Source of the DNA: Acidobacteriota bacterium
GTDB lineage: Bacteria > Acidobacteriota > UBA890 > WLXD01
DNA: 64,000 bases
Assembly: GCA_963666055.2 (NCBI GenBank)
Contig: CAXWPH010000014.1
Span: forward strand, 32,001-96,000
Reading direction: 5' to 3'
Shown here: piece by piece, positions 17,611 to 27,612 of the stretch
How positions within the stretch are numbered: position 1 is the first letter of the stretch
Layout of the letters: each line of letters starts with the position of its first letter
Translations under genes and position numbers: made by a program
The notes under the pieces: generated by a model
Database searches by the model: none
What the model saw: only the letters and a program-made list of their open reading frames with translations
Told to the model about the DNA's origin: nothing

Positions 17611-17763
17611 CGAGCTCTCCTTCGTTTTCGGCCGAGGACGCACCTGTCGCACGAGACCAAGATCGGGTCCGAGCGCGTGGTCGCCGGCCCCATCCAGCGA
17701 CAACGGGCGCCGTAGCGGCGACGGCGCGGCTGGTGGCGGGCGCCGAGACACGGCTGTGCCCGG

Positions 17764-18153
17764 TCACCGACTTCGATTGTCCCACACGCCCCAGAGGCCG
17801 GCAAACGATGCCCAGAGCAGCATCGTTACGACCAGCGTTGCCCCAGCGACATCGGCAATCAAGTCGTACAGCGAGGGCTCACGACCGGGAATGAAGCTCT
17901 GATGAAACTCGTCAGAGAAACCGTACAGAGCGGCGAGCATCACAACGATCACAGCGCGTCTGCGTACCGCCTGCGACGCTGGCAGTTTGGTCCCGAAACC
18001 AAACCAGAGGGTGAGCGTCAGCACGCCGTATGCGAATGCATGTTCGAGCTTGTCGATTCCCGACCCAGGAGGATCGAGAGAAGGTTGGTGCGAAAGCCAG
18101 AAGATGCCGCTTGCAACCGCCACCGCCGGCAGCCAGCGTGCCACGCTCGTCAC
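17764..18153 (-). CDS. VanZ family membrane protein
   Basis: DKLEHAFAYGVL and SDEFHQSFIPGREPSLYDLIADVAG motifs. Confidence 0.9.
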   Translation of the reverse strand: MTSVARWLPAVAVASGIFWLSHQPSLDPPGSGIDKLEHAFAYGVLTLTLWFGFGTKLPASQAVRRRAVIVVMLAALYGFSDEFHQSFIPGREPSLYDLIADVAGATLVVTMLLWASFAGLWGVWDNRSR

Positions 18154-18157
18154 GGGC

Positions 18158-18328
18158 TTAGGGCAGCAGGAGGTACATCATCCACGACATCAGGTAGGCG
18201 ACGCCCACCATTCCAGCAGCGATCCAGCCTGCCAGCGCCATCGCGTCGCGAGGACTATGTCGCAACATCGCCCCGAGAACGAGACCCACCGCCAGGCAGA
18301 AAATAGTGAGAAAAAGAAAGTGAATCAC
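18158..18328 (-). CDS. Small two-TM hypothetical protein (56 aa), below the ORF-track cutoff
   Basis: GTG directly after the upstream stop; MIHFLFLTIFCLAVGLVLGAMLRHSPRDAMALAGWIAAGMVGVAYLMSWMMYLLLP* fills the operon gap. Confidence 0.7.
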   Translation of the reverse strand: MIHFLFLTIFCLAVGLVLGAMLRHSPRDAMALAGWIAAGMVGVAYLMSWMMYLLLP

Positions 18329-18832
18329 CTATCGGCGTCCGATCCCGACATCGAAGGCATCGAGCACGATAAGCAGGTTCAGCAGTCCTGCAACAAGCGT
18401 AAACGTGTTGCCGTATTCGAAGTAGGCGCCGCTGAGGTTACCGTCGGCCCAGCCGAAGGCGTGGGCGAGCGCGAACGGGATGCCCACGCCAGCGGCACCA
18501 AGCGCCGCCAAGTACGTAAGGGGCTCACCAGGAATGGGCCTGTACACCTTGCCCTCGAGCGCGATTCCACCAACCAACAAGGCGAGTACCAGGGATCCGA
18601 ACAGGAGTCCCCGCCCCCAGCGGCCAAGGGCGATGTGGCCGGCTCCGGGCACTGCCCAGGCGAGCACGCAGCTAAACACCACACGCGGCGGGGCGACGGG
18701 CTCATCGCGGGCGACCGCCTCCGGCGTTCCGCTCTCTTCCGCGTCGCCGGCAACGGATCCGTCTATGGAGATTTCGTCTGCGGAGCCGGTCACACTTCGT
18801 TCCTCCTGCGGGCTGATCGTAAACGTCGCCAT
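18329..18832 (-). CDS. DUF6677-like membrane protein
   Basis: LAWAVPGAGH...GRGLLF and EYGNTFTLVAGLLNLLIVLDAFD motifs. Confidence 0.75.
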   Translation of the reverse strand: MATFTISPQEERSVTGSADEISIDGSVAGDAEESGTPEAVARDEPVAPPRVVFSCVLAWAVPGAGHIALGRWGRGLLFGSLVLALLVGGIALEGKVYRPIPGEPLTYLAALGAAGVGIPFALAHAFGWADGNLSGAYFEYGNTFTLVAGLLNLLIVLDAFDVGIGRR

Positions 18833-18862
18833 CTATGGGCGCAAACGGTGCCCTAGCGGTTC

Positions 18863-18916
18863 CTAGCAGGCCGAGGTGGAAGTGTGGCGGGCCTGGTCTG
18901 CCACACGCGACACTAG
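18863..18916. mobile_element. Internally deleted copy of the CTAG-MITE (family A)
   Basis: CTAGCAGGCCGAGGTGGAAGTGTGGCGGGCCTGG matches the terminal repeat of 37228-37507 and ends in CTAG at the neighbouring stop codon. Confidence 0.8.
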
Positions 18917-20235
18917 TCCGCGTTCCTGCGCACAACGGCGGTCAGGCGCTCGACCGCTGACATGGCCTCTGTTCCCGATACCAACGCCAGCAGATCGAAG
19001 GTGCCGTCGTCATCGGGCAACAGGATGCGCAACCCGACCACGGCTTGCACGGGTCGGTACAGAAGATGCTCCGGTGGGGGATCGTCGAGCCCCGGCCGTG
19101 GAGCGTCGGCCGCTGCTCCGACCAGCTCGAGCACTCGGTAGCAGGCCTCCACCAACATGCTTCGGCGTACCTGCATCTGCGGGAAGAAATCATTGTTCTG
19201 GTAAACGTCGAGGACACCCCAGGACACCATGCGTTGCACGAATGGCGTCGACCAGCGGGCTCCGACGTCTGCAACGATCACGCCGCGACGCTCATCGGCA
19301 TGCCCCTCGAGCATTTGCAGATTGATGGCGAGTAGCGCCGCGAGCTCCTCCCGGGTGATCACCGACTTGGTCGCCAGCTCCCGGTATTCAGCCGGCAGTG
19401 AGTCCCGTTCGTACAGGTCGCGAGCTTGCCGCGCCAGATCCGCAATACGCGGATCGTCGGGGAGTGCGTCGGCTAGCCGTTGGAATACATCGTTCGAGTC
19501 GGCGTACCGCTGCGCGCTGCGATAGAGCATGCCGAGTTTTTCCAGGATCAATGGGCCGTCCGCGGTACGCCGACGGGCATCGCTGAGGACCCGAATCGCC
19601 GCCTCGAGATCGCTTCGCTCCTCCTGCAGGGCGGCGATACGCAGGTACGGACCCTGCAGCTCCGGGGCTGCAGAAATGGCCTCCCTGTAGGCGGCCTCGG
19701 CATCGCCGCTATTCGCGGCCAGTTCAGCGCGCATGAGCAGCGGGCCCACGTCGCCAAGCCTGAGCTGTCGCAGCTCCAGAACGGCACGCGTCAGCCCGGG
19801 ATCCGCTTGCAGCGCAGTCTCGAACCAGCCTCGCGCCAAATCGAGGCGCTGCTGCAGCAACGCCACCAGACCCATCCCGTATGCCGCCTCCGCCAAACGC
19901 GGCTCCGACCCGAGCGCCAGTCCGAAGTCGTCGAGCGCAGCGGTGAGATTCCCTTTTCGCAGCGCCGCAAATCCAGCTACCGTCCTGCCGATCGGGCTCG
20001 CTGCTTCTTCGAACGTGAGTCCCATCAGCGCGCCGCCCGGCGGCACGTCACGCACCGCGTCCCACGCCTCGCTCAGCGGGCCAGAAGCGGCGACGGGCGG
20101 CGGCGGTACTCGCGCCGGATCGAGCCCGACGGCAGCACTCGGCCGCGACTCAGGTGTTGCCGTCGTAGTAGCGCAGCCACCCAGCACGACGAGGGCCCAA
20201 ACAGCCACCGCTACAGATCGCCTACGTGCGTTCAT
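18913..20235 (-). CDS. Lipoprotein with TPR repeats and C-terminal SLH-like motifs
   Basis: Lipobox VLGG|C, TPR-like helices, ITREELAALL and ADVGARWSTPFVQRMVSWGVLDVYQNNDFFPQMQVRR. Start placed at MNARRR. Confidence 0.75.
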   Translation of the reverse strand: MNARRRSVAVAVWALVVLGGCATTTATPESRPSAAVGLDPARVPPPPVAASGPLSEAWDAVRDVPPGGALMGLTFEEAASPIGRTVAGFAALRKGNLTAALDDFGLALGSEPRLAEAAYGMGLVALLQQRLDLARGWFETALQADPGLTRAVLELRQLRLGDVGPLLMRAELAANSGDAEAAYREAISAAPELQGPYLRIAALQEERSDLEAAIRVLSDARRRTADGPLILEKLGMLYRSAQRYADSNDVFQRLADALPDDPRIADLARQARDLYERDSLPAEYRELATKSVITREELAALLAINLQMLEGHADERRGVIVADVGARWSTPFVQRMVSWGVLDVYQNNDFFPQMQVRRSMLVEACYRVLELVGAAADAPRPGLDDPPPEHLLYRPVQAVVGLRILLPDDDGTFDLLALVSGTEAMSAVERLTAVVRRNAD

Positions 20236-20275
20236 CGCCTCCATTGTGACTCTCGGGTCGCGACGCGGCAACATC

Positions 20276-21271
20276 TCATCCGCCGGCAGCCTGCGCCTTG
20301 GCGGCAAGCAACTCGCGCGCCAGGCGAACAGCGCGCTGACGCTCCATCGCGCCTGCAGGATCCTCGCCAGACTGATGCTCCAGCCAGCAAATCTGCGGCC
20401 AGCGCCGATACCAGGCGAGCTGACGCTTGGCGTAGCGCCGTGTGGCACGCACAATCTCGTCGCGAGCCGCGCCAAGGTCGAGCTCGCCAACACAGACCCG
20501 CGCCAGCTGACGGTAGCCGATGGCCTGCAGAGCGTGAGCCTCGGCCGGCACACCCGCGTCGAGCAGTCGGGCGACCTCATCAACCCAGCCGCTGGCGAGC
20601 ATCTCGTCCACTCGGCGCTCGATGCGCTCGTACAGGAGCGGGCGCGGCCAGGTGACGCCGAGCCAGACCGCGTCGGGTGCACTTGGTGCGGTGCCGGTAC
20701 TCGCCTCTGTTACCTCGCTCATCCGCAGACCGGTGCGAAAGATCACCTCCAACGCACGCAAGATCCTCTGTGCATCCCGCCTACCGAGCCTCGCCGCCCA
20801 ATCAGAGTCGAGGCAGCGCAACCAAGTGTGGAGCGTCTCGATGCCGTAGCGGTCGCCGAGCCTCCGCAACGTCTCGCGCCACACCGCGTCGCTCGGCGGA
20901 GCTTCGTCGAGTCCCTCGACGACCGCCTGCACGTAGAATCCGCTGCCGCCCACCAAGATCGGCTGCCTGCCTCGCGCCCGAACCTGGTTGATAGCCTGCC
21001 ACGCGGTCGCCGCGTAGGCGCCCGCCGAACAACGTTGCACTGGATCCAGGTAGTCAATGCAGTGGTAGGCACAGCGTGCCCGTGTGGAGGCCGTCGGCTT
21101 GGCGGTACCGATATCGAGCCCTCGGTACACCAGCAGCGCATCGGCGGAAACGAGCTCGCCCGAGAGGCTCTCGGCAAGCTGCTCGGCTATCGTCGACTTA
21201 CCAGCCGCAGTCGGTCCGACAACCACGAGCAAAGGTGGTGTGCCGCCGTCGTGCCCCCTGACGGGGCTCAC
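20276..21271 (-). CDS. miaA: tRNA dimethylallyltransferase
   Basis: GPTAAGKS, YRGLDIGTAKP, LVGGSGFY, QAIGYRQ and TRRYAKRQ motifs. Confidence 0.97.
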   Translation of the reverse strand: MSPVRGHDGGTPPLLVVVGPTAAGKSTIAEQLAESLSGELVSADALLVYRGLDIGTAKPTASTRARCAYHCIDYLDPVQRCSAGAYAATAWQAINQVRARGRQPILVGGSGFYVQAVVEGLDEAPPSDAVWRETLRRLGDRYGIETLHTWLRCLDSDWAARLGRRDAQRILRALEVIFRTGLRMSEVTEASTGTAPSAPDAVWLGVTWPRPLLYERIERRVDEMLASGWVDEVARLLDAGVPAEAHALQAIGYRQLARVCVGELDLGAARDEIVRATRRYAKRQLAWYRRWPQICWLEHQSGEDPAGAMERQRAVRLARELLAAKAQAAGG

Positions 21272-21672
21272 TGATCCAGTGGCACCATGGGCAGCGAGAT
21301 GCCCTCCGCGCCGCCCTTTCGCAGCGCGTCGATCACCTGCACCCAGGTACCCAGATCGATCGACCGGTCGGCGCGCACGGTGATCTTGGTCCGATCCTCG
21401 TCACTGAGCGCCGCCACTCGTTGTTCGAGCCCGTCGGCGGTCAGCGCCTCTCCATCCAGGCGAATCTCACCGGCGCCGGATATCTCGACGACGATCGGAG
21501 CAGCGGTCGTGGAAAGTGCGGTACTGGATTCGGGTAACTCCAGGTCCATACCCGACTGCTCGAGGAACGTCGTGGTCACCGCAAAGAAGATCAACAGCAA
21601 GAACACCACGTCGATCAGCGGCGACATGTCGACGCTGGCGCGGCGTTTTCGTTGCCGTGTCTCGGTCAACAT
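21268..21672 (-). CDS. exbD: Biopolymer transporter ExbD/TolR
   Basis: DMSPLIDVVFLLLIFF and VRADRS motifs. Confidence 0.92.
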   Translation of the reverse strand: MLTETRQRKRRASVDMSPLIDVVFLLLIFFAVTTTFLEQSGMDLELPESSTALSTTAAPIVVEISGAGEIRLDGEALTADGLEQRVAALSDEDRTKITVRADRSIDLGTWVQVIDALRKGGAEGISLPMVPLDQ

Positions 21673-21676
21673 CAGC

Positions 21677-21848
21677 TAGTGTCCTGTAGCAGAGGTTCGC
21701 TGCATATTGTGGCGCGCGCCACCGAGTCGAATCCAAGGAGGCCCGACGATGGCGATGCCATGCGTATCGCAGAGGAGGAGCGACGCCGGAGGCGGCCGGT
21801 GCCGCGGCCACCCGGAGGGCTGGGTCGAACCTCTAATACAGGACACTA
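21677..21848. mobile_element. MITE-like element (family B) flanked by TA
   Basis: Terminal inverted repeats TAGTGTCCTGTAgcAGAGGTTCG / CGAACCTCTaaTACAGGACACTA; non-coding; between exbB and exbD. Confidence 0.85.
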
Positions 21849-21895
21849 TCGGCCCGCGCTGTCGTGGGCGTAGCGCCGCCCGCGAGTCGCGCCGA

Positions 21896-22531
21896 TCACG
21901 ATAGATCGTCGCCCGGCGTCTGCTCACGCCGACGCTCGATGATCAACTTGATCATCACCAGCGCGAGGCGCTCCATTTCCAACACCATGCCCTCAGCCTT
22001 GCCAACATAGTAGTTGTAGCCGGCCAGCGCCGGGATGGCGATGGCCAACCCCGTAGCGGTGGTGATCATCGCTTCGGAAATACCCCCCGAAAGGGCGCCT
22101 GCCTGTCCCACTCCCTGGAGCGAGATTACCGAGAACACTTGGATCATACCCAACACCGTCCCGAGCAACCCGAGCAACGGCGAGATGCTGGCGACCGTTC
22201 CCAGAACACCCAGGTAACGCTCGAGTTCCGGAACCTCCTGGCGGCCAGCGTCGCGCACTAGCTCACGGATGAACTCCCGCGGCTCAGCCCGTGATTGCAG
22301 CGCGGGCAAGAGAACGTTGTTCAACGGACCAGGTCGGCTTGCTGCGTATTCCTCGGCACGGACGAACTCACCCCGATCAATCAGCGCATGGATATGCGCC
22401 ACTTCAGCGGGCGGAAGTACCTTGCTATCGCGGAGATTCCAGAATCGCTCGGCCATGATGGCCACTGCGAGCACCGAGCAGAACCCCAGCGGGATCATTA
22501 CCGGTCCGCCGCTCCGCAACACCTCGATCAT
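21896..22531 (-). CDS. exbB: MotA/TolQ/ExbB proton channel protein
   Basis: SPLLGLLGTVLGMI and GISEAMITTATGLAIAIP motifs. Confidence 0.93.
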   Translation of the reverse strand: MIEVLRSGGPVMIPLGFCSVLAVAIMAERFWNLRDSKVLPPAEVAHIHALIDRGEFVRAEEYAASRPGPLNNVLLPALQSRAEPREFIRELVRDAGRQEVPELERYLGVLGTVASISPLLGLLGTVLGMIQVFSVISLQGVGQAGALSGGISEAMITTATGLAIAIPALAGYNYYVGKAEGMVLEMERLALVMIKLIIERRREQTPGDDLS

Positions 22532-22552
22532 GTGTGATTAGACTCCCGTCTG

Positions 22553-22599
22553 ATAGCAGGCGCGTAGCAGTCCACTACACTTCCACCACGGCCTGCTAG
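22553..22599. mobile_element. Internally deleted copy of the CTAG-MITE (family A)
   Basis: TAGCAGGC...ACACTTCCACCACGGCCTGCTAG matches the right end of 37228-37507; its CTAG contains the tonB-like stop codon. Confidence 0.8.
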
Positions 22600-23615
22600 C
22601 GCCCATCAGGAAACGTCACGTCGGCCGTGCCCATGTTGTAGATGAACCCCAAGCGACCGCTGATGTCGTCGTACGGATAGTAATCCGGGATCGGTGGCAG
22701 AGGATCCGATAGCTGCAGCGCGAACTGCGCCCCGGCATCGTATGCGGGCTGGCCCGAGGACCAGGTTCGCTCGATGACGATCGTCGCCACCTCGTTGCCG
22801 CTGGCGTCGGTCTGCCGGCGTATCGACAAGGCGACGAACGTGGCACCGCTTATCCCGGTACGGATGAGCGGCGGCATATTGGCTCGCCAGTGACCTTCGA
22901 TACGCCTGATTACCTCGTTCAGGTAGGCGCCAAGATCGTAGCCGTGCGTGTCGAATTGAGCTAGTCCCTCCGAACCATCGACACCACCTTGCCGATTCTC
23001 GTACACCTGCGGATCGATAAACGACTCCAGTCTCGTCAGCTGACTTCTCAAACTCGGCTGGCGCGGTGGAATGGTCACTGTCTCGGCGGCGTCCTCGGTG
23101 GTCTCAGCGGGCTCCTCGACCGGCTCGGTATCCGCCTCGGCGACCTCGGTATCCGACGCCTCCGGCGCCACCTCGGGCGCATCGGCGACGCGATCTGGGG
23201 CTTCCGGACGCTCCTCCGGCCGCGCCGGCTGCGGTTCCGGTGCCGGCGGCTGCGGCTCGGCGGCCGGCGTCTCGATTGGTAGCGCAGCGGCCCGAAGCAC
23301 CGGCGCGGTGGTGTTGCCCTCCGAGAACGGCAGCGGCTGGTCATCGCGCGGCGAGGTATCCGCGGCGACGCGATCGATGTCCGAAGCCGCCGAGTTGTCG
23401 GGCGGCTCCGGCGGCGGCTCGCTTTCCGGCGTGTCCACGAAGGTAAACTGCAGCGCCGGCTCTTCCATCTGGGCAACCGCCGGGGGCGGAAACAAGAGCC
23501 CTGGCCACCAGGTCACCAGGACACCGAGCAGCAGGTGCAACGCGATGGCCAATACCACCGCGCGTCTGAGGGTAAAACCCTGCCGACGAGCCTGGTGCCG
23601 GCTGATATCAGTCAT
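22596..23615 (-). CDS. TonB/TolA-like energy transducer
   Basis: TM helix with ALH (AIALHLLL), long Pro/Glu-rich linker and a C-terminal domain with SSGQPAYD...PLPPIP. Confidence 0.82.
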   Translation of the reverse strand: MTDISRHQARRQGFTLRRAVVLAIALHLLLGVLVTWWPGLLFPPPAVAQMEEPALQFTFVDTPESEPPPEPPDNSAASDIDRVAADTSPRDDQPLPFSEGNTTAPVLRAAALPIETPAAEPQPPAPEPQPARPEERPEAPDRVADAPEVAPEASDTEVAEADTEPVEEPAETTEDAAETVTIPPRQPSLRSQLTRLESFIDPQVYENRQGGVDGSEGLAQFDTHGYDLGAYLNEVIRRIEGHWRANMPPLIRTGISGATFVALSIRRQTDASGNEVATIVIERTWSSGQPAYDAGAQFALQLSDPLPPIPDYYPYDDISGRLGFIYNMGTADVTFPDGR

Positions 23616-23783
23616 TTCACCTTGCGCGCTCGCAGGTAACCGCCGGGATGCGTGACCGTGACGGGATCGGGACCGGCATGGCGGCTGCGCGTCCAAACCC
23701 CAGGTACTGTTCAGGTTACGCGCCCTCGCAACCCCTCGAGAATGAGAATAGCACGCCGTTAGCGGCGCCAGCACGGCGAACCG

Positions 23784-24584
23784 TCAGCAACGAAACGTGT
23801 GGCGCCGATCGTTGTAGAGTTTCTGGTGACGGATCACGGTAACCCGTTCGGCGCGGCTCAAGGATCCAATGCGTGGGGTCAGGCCGAGGGCCTTGGCGAC
23901 CGCTTCCGACAGCGTGCTGGCGATGGCTCGCCGACTCGGCCGTCCTGCAAGTAACTCGTAGAGTCCGATCGACTCGCTCGCCGCGCCCGCGCCGCTGCTA
24001 CCGAGCGCACTCCACAGTGCCGGATCGGGCGACCAGAGTGGCAGGGACCCATGTTGCAACACGCGGCCGGCCTCCCGCCGTTGGGCGCTGCCGAGTAGCT
24101 TGCGCCCTTCGGCTGTCACCTCGTGCAGAGCGCGGGCGGCGAAACAGGCTCCAGGCTCATCGCGGGATCGGCGCCCACGGGCGCGCTCGAGACAAACATC
24201 GGCGCCGAGGAGCCGCAAGCCAGCCACCATGCCGGCGGCAATCGCCTGGTAGGTTGGCAGGACGCCACCGGCGAAGGGGCCTGCCGTGGCCGGGCCGACA
24301 AGCGCATAGGTGAGCTCGCCAGAGTGGAGCACCGCACGTCCGCCCGTACGTCGCCGCACCAAGTCGACACCCAGACGTCTGGCGACTCGGGGGTCGAAGC
24401 CGTCACGCCACCGCTGCGCGTAGCCGAGCGAGACGGTGGGACGAGCCCACGCGTACCAGCGCATGCTGTATTGGTGCGCCGAGGAGCCGCCCAGCAGCGC
24501 ATCGTCGATGGCCATATTGGCCGCCCCAGAAAGCTCTCCATCGAGCAGTACCCGGAGTTGCGTAGAGTGATGTTCGGAATTCAT
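23784..24584 (-). CDS. Lipoate-protein ligase / octanoyltransferase (LplA/LipM family)
   Basis: NMAIDDALL, VRRRTGGRAVLH, CF, RKLLGSAQRR and LQHGS motifs. Confidence 0.9.
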   Translation of the reverse strand: MNSEHHSTQLRVLLDGELSGAANMAIDDALLGGSSAHQYSMRWYAWARPTVSLGYAQRWRDGFDPRVARRLGVDLVRRRTGGRAVLHSGELTYALVGPATAGPFAGGVLPTYQAIAAGMVAGLRLLGADVCLERARGRRSRDEPGACFAARALHEVTAEGRKLLGSAQRREAGRVLQHGSLPLWSPDPALWSALGSSGAGAASESIGLYELLAGRPSRRAIASTLSEAVAKALGLTPRIGSLSRAERVTVIRHQKLYNDRRHTFRC

Positions 24585-24602
24585 GCCGGCGGGCTCTGCC
24601 TG

Positions 24603-25715
24603 TCAGAGAAGCTCGTCCAACGGCATATGGGCGCGCCCCTGCGAAGCAGCCACCGGAGCACAGGTGACGTGCCCCTTGTAGGTATTGACGCCCAGTGCCA
24701 GGGCCGGATCGCGACGCAGGGCAGCCTCGACGCCCAGGGCGACGAGCTTCACCAAGTACGCAGCCGTCACGTTGGTGAGCCCGAAGGTAGACGTACGCGG
24801 CACGGCTCCAGGCATATTGGTAACCCCGTAGTGCACTACCCCATCAACGACAAAGGTGGGCTCGCGATGCGTCGTGGCGCGGGTTGTCTCGATACAACCT
24901 CCCTGATCGACCGCCACGTCGACGATCACCGCGCCGTCCTTCATCTTCGACACCACCTCACGTGAGACAACGTTCGGAGCTGATGCTCCGACAATCAGCA
25001 CCGCGCCCACCAGCAGATCAGCCCGTAGGCACCAGGCCTCGACGGTCGTCGTGTGCGACATGATGGTGTTCACGTGGCCACCGAAGACGTCGTCGATGTA
25101 CTGCAGCGTGTGAGCGTTGTTGTCCAGGACGGTGACGTGGGCGCCCATCCCGTAGGCGACGCGCGCGGCGTTGCGGCCCACGATGCCGCCGCCAATCACC
25201 ACCACGTCGGCGGGATTCACACCGGGCAGGCCTCCCAGTAAGACCCCTCGACCGCCCTCGGCCTTCTCGAGGAAGTGGGCCCCGACCTGTACCGACATGC
25301 GTCCGGCAATCTCGCTCATCGGGACAAGCAGCGGCAGCGAGCCATCCGGAAGCTCAACCGTTTCGTAGGCGATGCCCGTCACCTGGTTTTCAAGCAGCGC
25401 TTCGGTCAATTCCGGCAATGGCGCCAGATGCAGGTACGTGTAGAGGACCAAGTCCGGCCGCAGGTACCCGAACTCTGCCGCCACAGGCTCCTTGACCTTG
25501 ATGATCAGATCGGCCTCCGCCCAGACCTTCTGAGCGCTATCGATCAGGCGCGCGCCGGCCGCCACGTACTGGTCATCGGGGAGACCACTACCAAGCCCTG
25601 CGCCGGATTCGACAAGCACCTCCGCACCGGCGGCGACAACCTGTCGAACACCGGCCGGAACCAGGCCGACGCGGTGCTCCTGCGGCTTTATTTCCTTGAC
25701 GACGCCGACCTTCAT
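24603..25715 (-). CDS. ald: Alanine dehydrogenase
   Basis: KEIKPQEHRVGL, KVKEP, YLHLA, PMSEIAGR, DVAVDQGGC and NMPGAVPRTST motifs. Confidence 0.97.
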   Translation of the reverse strand: MKVGVVKEIKPQEHRVGLVPAGVRQVVAAGAEVLVESGAGLGSGLPDDQYVAAGARLIDSAQKVWAEADLIIKVKEPVAAEFGYLRPDLVLYTYLHLAPLPELTEALLENQVTGIAYETVELPDGSLPLLVPMSEIAGRMSVQVGAHFLEKAEGGRGVLLGGLPGVNPADVVVIGGGIVGRNAARVAYGMGAHVTVLDNNAHTLQYIDDVFGGHVNTIMSHTTTVEAWCLRADLLVGAVLIVGASAPNVVSREVVSKMKDGAVIVDVAVDQGGCIETTRATTHREPTFVVDGVVHYGVTNMPGAVPRTSTFGLTNVTAAYLVKLVALGVEAALRRDPALALGVNTYKGHVTCAPVAASQGRAHMPLDELL

Positions 25716-26074
25716 TGGGGAGCTTCTTTCCCCGCCTTGTCGGTGGCCCGTATCTCCACGTTGCCCTCGAAGACCGCCCCCTCGGCAAAAACCACGGAGG
25801 GCGCTCGGATATCGCCGGTGACGCGGCCCGTCGCTCCTACCTCGACCTTCTGTATTCCGTTGGCGTCACCGTCCAAGTAGCCATCGACCGTGATCCGATC
25901 ACCACACAACGTGCCCTTGGCGCGACCTCGCTCTCCGATCGCCACGTCGCCATCCAGCGTCACCGTACCGGTGACACTGCCATGACACTCGAGCGATCCG
26001 CTGCCCCGAATATTCCCCTCGAAGACACAACCCGGGCCCAGGTAGGAGCGCGTGCTACTCGCTTTGTCCGACAT
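25712..26074 (-). CDS. Bactofilin (polymer-forming cytoskeletal protein)
   Basis: YLGPGCVFEGNI...VTGDIRAPSVVFAEGAVFEGNV beta-helix pattern. Confidence 0.9.
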   Translation of the reverse strand: MSDKASSTRSYLGPGCVFEGNIRGSGSLECHGSVTGTVTLDGDVAIGERGRAKGTLCGDRITVDGYLDGDANGIQKVEVGATGRVTGDIRAPSVVFAEGAVFEGNVEIRATDKAGKEAPQ

Positions 26075-26136
26075 GGTGTCCTCGGTAGCTTGGGGCAGTA
26101 ACCGCTTGCCACGGTTTGCTAAAACTTGACCTCGAG

Positions 26137-26209
26137 AGCGGGTAACGGGGCTCGAACCCGTGGCCTTCGGCTTGGGAAGCCGACGCTCTACCAACTGAGC
26201 TATACCCGC
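26137..26209 (-). tRNA. tRNA-Gly(CCC)
   Basis: GCGGGTATAGCTCAGTTGGTAGAGCGTCGGCTTCCCAAGCCGAAGGCCACGGGTTCGAGCCCCGTTACCCGCT; anticodon CCC; CCA not encoded. Confidence 0.96.
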
Positions 26210-26309
26210 GTCGCAACCTCTGCACCGACGCCGTGAAGCGATGACTGTAGCAACGCCGCACTAACAGGGTCAACGATGCGCAGCATCGTCGTGCGGGCGC
26301 TGGCGGCCA

Positions 26310-27476
<1,167 letters not shown>

Positions 27477-27612
27477 GGGCCCCAACCTCGCGGCGGGCGT
27501 TGTGGGAGCTGGCCGTGCATCAATGGACGTCGGGCAGTGAGGCTACCATGCGCTCCGCACGGCGGCTCAGCGCCGTCTTTTGCACCCCCAATAGCCATGG
27601 CATGCTCACAGT

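Noticed and set aside
19480-21274. 391-aa and 513-aa plus-strand ORFs
   Set aside because: Antisense shadows of miaA and the TPR-SLH gene.
25712-26194. Extended 160-aa bactofilin start from the ORF track
   Set aside because: The extension runs through tRNA-Gly; the real start is the ATG at 26074, after a GAGG SD.
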